DNA of 14,137 nt, taken from Candidatus Micrarchaeia archaeon. GTDB taxonomy: Archaea > Micrarchaeota > Micrarchaeia > Micrarchaeales > Micrarchaeaceae. The stretch covers positions 1-14,137 of the forward strand of contig JBMFWY010000018.1 of NCBI GenBank assembly GCA_049964795.1. The letters are read 5' to 3'. The translations under genes were made by a program, and so were the position numbers. Shown here one piece after another: positions 1 through 6,698 of this stretch; positions within the stretch are counted from its first letter, which is position 1, and each line of letters opens with the position of its first letter. Under the pieces are notes generated by a model. The model worked only from the letters and a program-made list of their open reading frames with translations. It was not told where the DNA came from and searched no databases.

Positions 1-44
1 AGGCCTTTTCGAAAAGGTGTTTAACCTTTTTTTGATAATTCAAT

Positions 45-483
45 ATGACGCGCATGCATACGCAAATAAAGCAAAATGCAAAAGCCCCGTCTACAATGAA
101 GTACCTGATGACCTACGGCTGGAAGATATTCATAATATCAGTTGTTCTTGGTGCTTTGTTTCAGTCAATTTTAATAATTTATCAACAAGTTCTGACTTTT
201 TCAACAAAGCCACCTAGGAACCTGACAAATTATAAATCTTTTCTTCGTCGTTAAATACAATCCCTACAGCAGGGTTGTTTTCTCTCTTTCAACGGTAAAC
301 CCCTACAGAGAGTAGGAAAAAGTAATAACATGAATATAGCGATCATAAATACAGACCCGGCACCCCATTGCATAGTATCCGCTCAACGGTAATGCCAACG
401 ACTATAGCGGCAATGGCAACAATGGTCAGGCAACAGGAGTAATCTATGTTTCAAACTGGTATTCTGGCTACACGCCACCGTAA
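45..483 (+). pseudogene. Degenerate class III signal peptide (pilin-like) / LamG-like surface protein gene
   Basis: The N-terminus KAPSTMKYLMTYGWKIFIISVVLGALF resembles the Micrarchaeota-type KAQSAMEYLMTYGW-hydrophobic motif. There is an in-frame TAA at 252-254, a +1 shift near 366 and a TAG at 373-375 (probably TGG). Positions 376-483 encode YPLNGNANDYSGNGNNGQATGVIYVSNWYSGYTPP*, a LamG-associated C-terminal motif. Confidence 0.7.
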
Positions 484-617
484 CTTATACTTTTTATTCT
501 TATTAAAACTCTGAATCATGAATTTATGTAAAGAGAGTATAGAAAGCGCTGTGCTTTTATCTCCTATCAAAATACGCACTCTCTTTGAATTTGAATGCTT
601 ATCAAACACCAAGCGGT

Positions 618-2144
618 TCAGAAAAAGTGGACTGCAAACCACCTTATTGCCTTCTTTATCCAGATCCTAGTTCCGCTTGTGTTCTTCTTTATATCCTTTA
701 TCATAGACCTGTAAAGGATCTTCTCCTGCGGGTCAAGCTTCCCTTCCTTTACTATTTGCTGCTTCTTTCCATCTACTACCTGCGTTTCCGTCACGCTTAT
801 TACATCTTTCTTTACCATGCTATACCATTCATCAAGCGTGCTTCCGCTCATGTCCTTGTCCTTTAATATAGCCAGCATGTCTGACATGTTAAGCCTCCTC
901 TCCTTGTTGTACTTGTGCTCATGCAGAAGAGGCCTCATTGCCGCTTTGTCGCATATCCTCTCTATGTCTGCAGGCGTATATCCCATAGTTGCTCTTGCAA
1001 GCCTTCCATAGTTCAGTCTGCCTTTAGGCTTGTTTCTTGTATAAAACTTGAAAAGCTCTACTCTCTCGCGATATTTAGGCGGAGGTATGTAAATGCTGTC
1101 TCCAAATCTTCCGCTTCTCTTTAGGGCGGGGTCTATGTCCCAAGGCTGGTTTGTTGCCCCTATGACGAATATCCCTTCAGGGTTTGCCTCAACGCCGTTC
1201 ATTTCAGTAAGAAACTGGTTCACTGCCAGCCTTATGGAAGAGCTTTCGCCCTGCGGGCTACCGCCGCCCCTCTTTATGCCAAGCGCATCCAGTTCGTCAA
1301 AAAATATTATACATGGTATATTTTCTCTTGCCTGCTGGAATATAGCATGCAAGTTCTTCTCGGTGTTGCCCGTATACATGTCCACGATTTGGTTTATCCT
1401 AGCTATTATTACATTAGCCCCTGCCTCTCCTGCTATTGCGTTTACCATGTATGTCTTGCCTACTCCTGGCGGTCCGTACATTAGCAGGCCTACCCCTAGC
1501 TTCTTCCCATATTTCTTGAAGAGTTCAGGATGCTGTATTGCAAGCACAACATTGTCATACAAGTATTCCTTTACCTTCTTTGAGCCTATTACGCTGTCGA
1601 ATTTCAAATTTGACTTGTAAAATGCAACCTTCTTTATCTGGCCCTCTTCTATTATGTCCTTCTCTTCTTCCTTTCCCTTTTTGTAAGTCTGGTTTTTTTT
1701 AGGGGTGCTTATTTCTACTTCTTCTTCCTTGCTTGTTTCGTCGGTATTTATGTGCATCTTCATGTCTATTTCTTCAAGCTTCTTTTTTGCTTCTAAAAAG
1801 GCGGGATTGTTGTTCAATGACCTTTCATACCAGTACCTTGCGCCTATCAAGTCATTTCTTGCCTCCGCAATATCTCCCATCAAAAATGGCGCATCATGGC
1901 TGTTCGGCTGAAGCTCTATTACTTTCTCAAGGTCATGCATTGCGTTTATGGGCTCATTCAGCACTTTTTCAGTGAGCGCCCTGTTAAAATAAGCATCAGC
2001 GTAGTCGCTTTTTATCTCTATTGCTTTGGTATACTCATCTTTTGCCTCTTCGAAGTTGCCTTCTTGAAAGAAAGAATTGCCTTGTCTCCAGTGGTCTTTC
2101 GCCTGCTCTTGTTGTGTTTTCTGCTCCTCTCCTTCCTCTGCCAT
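618..2144 (-). CDS. TPR-repeat AAA+ ATPase (single AAA module, CDC48/Vps4-related)
   Basis: About 3 N-terminal TPRs (e.g. ADAYFNRALTEKVL), an acidic/Lys linker, Walker A GPPGVGKT, pore loop MYTG, Walker B IIFFDE and SRH ATNQPWDIDPALKRSGRF. Confidence 0.9.
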   Translation of the reverse strand: MAEEGEEQKTQQEQAKDHWRQGNSFFQEGNFEEAKDEYTKAIEIKSDYADAYFNRALTEKVLNEPINAMHDLEKVIELQPNSHDAPFLMGDIAEARNDLIGARYWYERSLNNNPAFLEAKKKLEEIDMKMHINTDETSKEEEVEISTPKKNQTYKKGKEEEKDIIEEGQIKKVAFYKSNLKFDSVIGSKKVKEYLYDNVVLAIQHPELFKKYGKKLGVGLLMYGPPGVGKTYMVNAIAGEAGANVIIARINQIVDMYTGNTEKNLHAIFQQARENIPCIIFFDELDALGIKRGGGSPQGESSSIRLAVNQFLTEMNGVEANPEGIFVIGATNQPWDIDPALKRSGRFGDSIYIPPPKYRERVELFKFYTRNKPKGRLNYGRLARATMGYTPADIERICDKAAMRPLLHEHKYNKERRLNMSDMLAILKDKDMSGSTLDEWYSMVKKDVISVTETQVVDGKKQQIVKEGKLDPQEKILYRSMIKDIKKNTSGTRIWIKKAIRWFAVHFF

Positions 2145-2186
2145 ATTCTCATTTTCTTTTATTGATTACGTGTAATTCTCTAATAT

Positions 2187-2633
2187 TTATAATTTTTGTT
2201 TGCTCGAATTTCCGTTTTCATCAGCAGCGTCAAGGAACTTGTTGAGCTCCTTGTCAACTCTGCTTATGCCTGGAGTCTCCCTCGGCACATTGTTAAATTT
2301 TATATTGAAAAATTTTGAGGCGAGCTTTGAAGCTTCATAATACAGATCCTTGAGGTTTCCTGACCTCACTTTGTATCCTTTGCCAAGCTGCCCTATTATA
2401 AGTGTGCTATCCGAGAACAACTCTATCTCTATATTTTTGGGGTCATTGTGGCTTGCACACCATTCTAGCGCCTTTATTACCGCCATGTATTCCGCATAAT
2501 TGTTCGTCTTTATTCCGTTGTAGAAGACGTCTTTTGCGATTAGTTTGCCTTCTTTATATATTTCATAACCAGAGGCGCTTTTGCCCGGGTTGCCACGCGA
2601 TGCGCCATCTGTATATATTGTCAGCTTCTCCAA
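2187..2633 (-). CDS. rnhA: Ribonuclease HI
   Basis: Motifs IYTDGASRGNPG, TNNYAEY, FSDS and NVPRE...VD. The probable start is TTG at 2633, preceded by a GGTGA RBS; the ORF track extends to 2681. Confidence 0.9.
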   Translation of the reverse strand: MEKLTIYTDGASRGNPGKSASGYEIYKEGKLIAKDVFYNGIKTNNYAEYMAVIKALEWCASHNDPKNIEIELFSDSTLIIGQLGKGYKVRSGNLKDLYYEASKLASKFFNIKFNNVPRETPGISRVDKELNKFLDAADENGNSSKQKL

Positions 2634-2883
2634 AGTTTTCACCTGGTCCAGAACACATGGAAATGTATATTTTGCCGTCAACTGTTAGTTGCGCAGAGCT
2701 TAATCTTTTGCCTATTATTTTTTCTTAGCTTGTTTTTAAAGCGTTATGCTTGTGTAGTTAATCTATTTTTATATGTTATACTAAACTTATACATGATTGA
2801 TTAATACTTTTGATTAATATTTGCTGCATGACAATTCCGCAATTGCTTGCGCTAGCAGGTTTGGAAATTTGCAGGTCGGTAAA

Positions 2884-3573
2884 ATGGAAGCGCTAATATT
2901 GGCAGGAGGTTTTGGTAAAAGGCTTAGGCCAATCACAGAAGAAGTGCCGAAACCCCTGGTGCCTATAGCGGGCAAACCTATTCTTGGCTGGCAATTGGAA
3001 TGGTTATTGGAAAACAACGTAGATTCAATAATCGCAGCTGTAGGTTACAAGAAAGATCAAGTAATAGAATACCTGAAAAAGAGCTGCAAGGCTCTGGGGC
3101 TGGAGTTAAACTACGTGGAAGAAAGCAAGCCTCTAGGTACTGGCGGCGCGCTTAAAAATGCAGAAAGCACAGTAAGCGGCAAAGCATTCTATATGGTAAA
3201 CGGGGATATAATCACAAACATGCCTCTTCACAAGCTTTCCCTAGATGGCGCATTGGCTTCTATTTCTTTGGTCCCTATGCGCAGCCCTTTTGGGATAGTT
3301 GTTGCTGAACACGGGAAGGTGCTGAGTTTTGAGGAAAAGCCGCTGCTAAAAGATTACATGATCAATGCAGGTGCATATCTTCTTGACAGGAAAATATTCG
3401 ACTACGCCCCTCAAAGCGGAAGCATTGAAAAAGATGTTTTTGAAAAGCTGGCTCCAAAAGCGCTGTTGAACGCAACAAAATTTTATGATATCTATTGGAA
3501 GTCTATAGATTCAATAAAGGATATGGAAGAGGCGAGCAAGGAACTTTTAGAAAAGCCCCTGTTCTGGGCATAA
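2884..3573 (+). CDS. NDP-sugar synthase / nucleotidyltransferase (mannose-1-P guanylyltransferase-like, no hexapeptide domain)
   Basis: Motifs LAGGFGKRLRP, PKPL, PLGTGGAL, VNGD, FEEKP and INAGAY. ATG at 2884. Confidence 0.9.
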   Translation: MEALILAGGFGKRLRPITEEVPKPLVPIAGKPILGWQLEWLLENNVDSIIAAVGYKKDQVIEYLKKSCKALGLELNYVEESKPLGTGGALKNAESTVSGKAFYMVNGDIITNMPLHKLSLDGALASISLVPMRSPFGIVVAEHGKVLSFEEKPLLKDYMINAGAYLLDRKIFDYAPQSGSIEKDVFEKLAPKALLNATKFYDIYWKSIDSIKDMEEASKELLEKPLFWA

Positions 3574-3615
3574 GGCATGGGGTCAAAACATCACACAGCA
3601 CGCGACCTTACATAT

Positions 3616-3630
3616 GCAAAGGTTTAAAAT
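3616..3630 (+). promoter_or_regulatory. BRE-TATA promoter of tRNA-Lys
   Basis: GCAAAGG-TTTAAAAT; the TATA starts 34 nt upstream of tRNA position 1. Confidence 0.65.
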
Positions 3631-3656
3631 AAATTTTGAGCAATATATCTTGCAAC

Positions 3657-3763
3657 GGGCCCGTAACTCAGCATGGCCAGAGTGGTGGGCTTTTAACCCA
3701 TCAGTCGTGGGTTCAAAATGCGCTTCTTTTAATAGGGAAGCCTTGAAACTCCCACCGGGCCCG
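3657..3763 (+). tRNA. tRNA-Lys(UUU) with a 32-nt intron at position 59/60 (3718-3749)
   Basis: Acceptor GGGCCCG/CGGGCCC, D stem ACTC/GAGT, anticodon loop CTTTTAA, T stem GTGGG/CCCAC. The T-loop TTCAAA|T is interrupted by an intron forming a BHB/BHL motif (TTCA/TGAA central helix). No encoded CCA. Confidence 0.93.
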
Positions 3764-3894
3764 TAATTATCCATATATTTATGCAAATTCAGCTTGGCAC
3801 GCGTCTCGGCTGTTTCCCTTGCGCTCGCCTTTCTTACAGTATTAAATACCTTTCTGTGATAATATTTGCTTGCTGACGTTTGTTTAGAAACTAT

Positions 3895-4029
3895 GCCAGG
3901 GTGGCGGAAACTGGTAACGCGTACGCCTGGAGTTGCATTCGCATACTTGTAAGCGTATGGCTCCTCGGAGCCTTCTGGGTTCAAAATAAGCTTTTGTGCA
4001 AAAAGTTTATGAATATCCCAGCCCTGGCG
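3895..4029 (+). tRNA. tRNA-Ser(GGA) with two introns: 37/38 (3933-3951) and 59/60 (3986-4015)
   Basis: Acceptor GCCAGGG/CCCTGGC with G discriminator, anticodon stem TACGC/GCGTA, GGA at 3929-3931, long variable arm GGCTCC/GGAGCC, T stem CTGGG/CCCAG. The second intron forms a strict BHB. Confidence 0.92.
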
Positions 4030-4073
4030 TGGTTCTGCAAACCTCTAGCGCTAAGTCAAAAGCAGGTGCTTTA

Positions 4074-4628
4074 TTGGCAGATCAACAGCATGTTCATAAA
4101 GACGAAAAGGAAAAGAGAGCCACCTCCATAGTGAGGATAGCAGGCAAGGATATAGATGGAAAGCTTGGCGTGGAGCGCGCGCTCCAGTCCGTAAAGGGCT
4201 TGGGCCACAACATGTCCCATGCGCTTGCTGGAGTCATAGAATCCAAGCTTTCAATACCAAAAGATACACCCATAGGTTCGCTCGAAGAAGACAAAATTGG
4301 CATGATAGAAAAAGCGATAAAGGACCCTGTGCAATACGGAATACCCAAATACATGCTCAACAGGCGCAAGGATTTTGAATCTGGCAAGGACATGCATGTA
4401 GTAGGCAGCGAGCTGATTTTTGCAATGAGGCAAGATGTCGGCAGAGATGTTTCAATGAGAACCTGGAGAGGCTTCAGGCATCAGTATGGTCAGAAGGTGC
4501 GCGGACAGCACACAAGGTCTACAGGCAGGCAGGGTGCTACGGTGGGAGTCATGAAAAAGACTGTCGCAGCAGCCCAGAAGGCCGCAGCTTCCGGAGGCAG
4601 GGGCGGCTCATCCGAATCAAAGAAGTGA
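4074..4628 (+). CDS. rps13: 30S ribosomal protein S13 (uS13)
   Basis: IVRIAGKDIDG, LNRRKDFESG, WRGFRHQYGQKVRGQHTRSTGR. TTG start at 4074 after a GGTG RBS; the ORF-track start at 3996 lies inside the tRNA. Confidence 0.95.
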   Translation: MADQQHVHKDEKEKRATSIVRIAGKDIDGKLGVERALQSVKGLGHNMSHALAGVIESKLSIPKDTPIGSLEEDKIGMIEKAIKDPVQYGIPKYMLNRRKDFESGKDMHVVGSELIFAMRQDVGRDVSMRTWRGFRHQYGQKVRGQHTRSTGRQGATVGVMKKTVAAAQKAAASGGRGGSSESKK

Positions 4629-4632
4629 TTGA

Positions 4633-5214
4633 ATGGGGGCACCAAGGCTTAATAGGAGGAAGTATGAAAAGCCAAAGAACATGTGGAACAGCCAGAGGAT
4701 CGCTGCGGATCATGCGCTCATGCGAGAGTATGGCCTCAGCAGCATGAAAGAAATATGGAAGGTGCAGACTGAGCTCAGCAGGATAAGGCGCAATGTAAGG
4801 ATACTGCTTTCGCAGGAGCAGAAAAGTGTAGAAGAAAGCATAATAAGCAGGCTTGTGAAGCTCGGCGTGCTTCAATCCGGAGCAAATCTCGATTCTCTTC
4901 TTGATATTGACGACAGGAGGTTCCTTGAAAGGCGCCTGCAGTCAATCGTGTTCAGGAAAGGCCTTGCAAAGTCTATGAGGCAGTCAAGGCAGCTAATAAC
5001 GCACGGTTTTATAGCCGTGAATGGCAAGAGGGTAACTATTCCAGGATATCTTGTAAGTGTAAACGAAGAAGCAGGCATACAATATTACAAGCCCATAGAC
5101 ATAAATGCTGGCGCCTCCGTGCATTCTGTTTCCGGATCAGAGAACAGCAAGTCTTCAGAAAATGCTGGTCAGGCATCTGAGGCTGAAAGTGAACAGGAAG
5201 GCAGCGCTTCATAA
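4633..5214 (+). CDS. rps4: 30S ribosomal protein S4 (uS4)
   Basis: YGLSSMKEIWK, FLERRLQSIVFRKGLAKSMRQSRQLITHGFIAVNG; Ser/Glu-rich C-terminal tail. Confidence 0.96.
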   Translation: MGAPRLNRRKYEKPKNMWNSQRIAADHALMREYGLSSMKEIWKVQTELSRIRRNVRILLSQEQKSVEESIISRLVKLGVLQSGANLDSLLDIDDRRFLERRLQSIVFRKGLAKSMRQSRQLITHGFIAVNGKRVTIPGYLVSVNEEAGIQYYKPIDINAGASVHSVSGSENSKSSENAGQASEAESEQEGSAS

Positions 5215-5260
5215 AAATATTTATCTTAAGATCAAAAAAGTTGAGAGTTGAGGTGCGATA

Positions 5261-5752
5261 ATGGCAAAAAAAGTTGCAACAAAACCTGCAGAGCAAAAGC
5301 AGCAGGTAAAGAAAAAAGAGATCTCCTATGAGGAAAAGGCGATGGAAGCTCCGCGCATGGCTCCAAAAGCCGAGAGGGTAGCCGTAGCTCATATTTATTC
5401 TTCAAAGAACAACACACTTATTACTCTTACAGACCTTAGCGGTTCGGAGACAATTGCCATAGGGAGCGGAGGCATGATGGTAGATGCTGATTCTCAGCAA
5501 GGATCCCCGTATGCTGCAATGCAAGCTGCATACAAGGTTGCTGCTGAAGCGAAGGATAAGGGAATAACAAATATAAACGTGGAAATAAGAGCTCCGGGAG
5601 GTCATGGTATGAAAACCCCAGGACCTGGAGCGCAGGCAGTGCTCAGAGTTTTGGCAAGAAGCGGTCTCAGGATAAATAAGATAGAGGATGTCACGCCTAT
5701 ACCCACTGACACCACAAGAAGGCCAGGAGGAAGGCGCGGAAGAAGGGTCTGA
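5261..5752 (+). CDS. rps11: 30S ribosomal protein S11 (uS11)
   Basis: [50 protein letters not shown]; GAGGTG RBS. Confidence 0.97.
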   Translation: MAKKVATKPAEQKQQVKKKEISYEEKAMEAPRMAPKAERVAVAHIYSSKNNTLITLTDLSGSETIAIGSGGMMVDADSQQGSPYAAMQAAYKVAAEAKDKGITNINVEIRAPGGHGMKTPGPGAQAVLRVLARSGLRINKIEDVTPIPTDTTRRPGGRRGRRV

Positions 5753-5844
5753 TTTCCCTTCCTTTTTATTTTTAAGAATACTTCTTTATTTTCTATTTAA
5801 ATTTTAGCTAACTCTTCCAGATTTTTTCCATTTTTACTTTACTA
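5753..5844 (+). terminator. Pyrimidine/oligo-T-rich archaeal terminator region after rps11
   Basis: Multiple T5-T6 runs directly after the rps11 stop, between convergent genes. Confidence 0.55.
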
Positions 5845-6513
5845 CTACTTTTTCTTAAGCACTGCGAAAAGATGCAGTGTATCATAAGGCTCCAGATAAA
5901 TCTTCTCCTTCACCTCAAAAACTTCTTTCAAGGTCAAAAGCGCCTCTGCATATACTTCTTCAGGGTTTTTGGCTATGTCTATGCTCTGGGATTTTATAAC
6001 AAAATAGGCAGTCCCATTTTTTTTCAAGAATCTCGAGTTTGCAAGCAGAATCTCCGACTGTTCCTTGGCGGAGACATCTTGGTAAAGCACATCGCAGCTC
6101 TCCTCCTTTATATAGGAGCCGTATTTTTCGGGATACCTTGCGTCTTCTAGTACTGGAAGTATGTTGCTTCTTTTCTCGCACACTTTTATCAGTTCCCTCA
6201 TGCTTCTCTCTGAAAATTCGACTGCATATATCCTGCCCTTTTTCACTATGTCACTGACATGGCTGACAGTCGTGCCTGTTGAAGCACCGAGATAAAGCAC
6301 GTTGCTGTCTTCGCGAAAATCAAAACCTTTCAGCCCTTTCAGCAATGCTGCAGCCAGCTTGCTCCTGTAAGGATTCCAAAGCCTGTACTCTATTCCGCTC
6401 TCGCTGACTAAGCTTTCATTATATACCTTCGAGCCTTTGGCGAGATTGCGCGTAGCAAGCTTGCCGTCTACGAGGAATACTCCTTCAAAAAGTCTTTTTA
6501 TTTCGGCAGGCAT
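5845..6513 (-). CDS. flpA: Fibrillarin-like rRNA/tRNA 2'-O-methyltransferase
   Basis: EYRLWNPYRSKLAAALLKG, VLYLGASTGTTVSHVSDIV, YAVEFS, LEDARYP, YQDVS, IKSQSID. Probable ATG at 6513 with a GTGA RBS. Confidence 0.95.
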   Translation of the reverse strand: MPAEIKRLFEGVFLVDGKLATRNLAKGSKVYNESLVSESGIEYRLWNPYRSKLAAALLKGLKGFDFREDSNVLYLGASTGTTVSHVSDIVKKGRIYAVEFSERSMRELIKVCEKRSNILPVLEDARYPEKYGSYIKEESCDVLYQDVSAKEQSEILLANSRFLKKNGTAYFVIKSQSIDIAKNPEEVYAEALLTLKEVFEVKEKIYLEPYDTLHLFAVLKKK

Positions 6514-6698
6514 TTCAATCACGCGCTGTGCTTTTTTATATGGCAAAGCTTTCCTGCAATATGCCAATTGTGCATGCAGGAGGAGTATACGCTCCAAATG
6601 CTCATATTCATAAAGTTTTTGCGCATATTCTTTATTAGTTTGCTTTGTTGCCGCGATGATTGTGCTTGCATCGCGCATCCTTGCTTAGGCGATCGACT

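Noticed and set aside
262-316. IS200/IS605-type end hairpins
   Set aside because: The stems are only 4-5 bp and there is no tnpA/tnpB remnant. Kept only as a repeat note within the pseudogene.
585-2245. Multiple + strand ORFs antisense to the AAA ATPase (e.g. 1093-1620)
   Set aside because: Shadow ORFs of a well-supported gene, with no motifs. The same applies to the antisense ORFs over rps4, the kinase and the regulator.
3996-4073. N-terminal extension of rps13 from GTG 3996
   Set aside because: The start lies in the tRNA-Ser intron loop. TTG 4074 has a proper RBS and gives a normal-length protein.
3583-4131. ORFs 3583-3984 (-) and 3880-4131 (+)
   Set aside because: They overlap the two intron-containing tRNA genes and show no protein motifs.
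6514-6678. 55-aa N-terminal extension of fibrillarin overlapping the kinase ORF start
   Set aside because: Homology-like sequence begins at MPAEIK (6513) with an RBS. The extension spans the divergent promoter.
6514-6698. C/D box sRNA next to fibrillarin
   Set aside because: Only a partial C-box-like GATGA is present, with no suitably placed CTGA D box.
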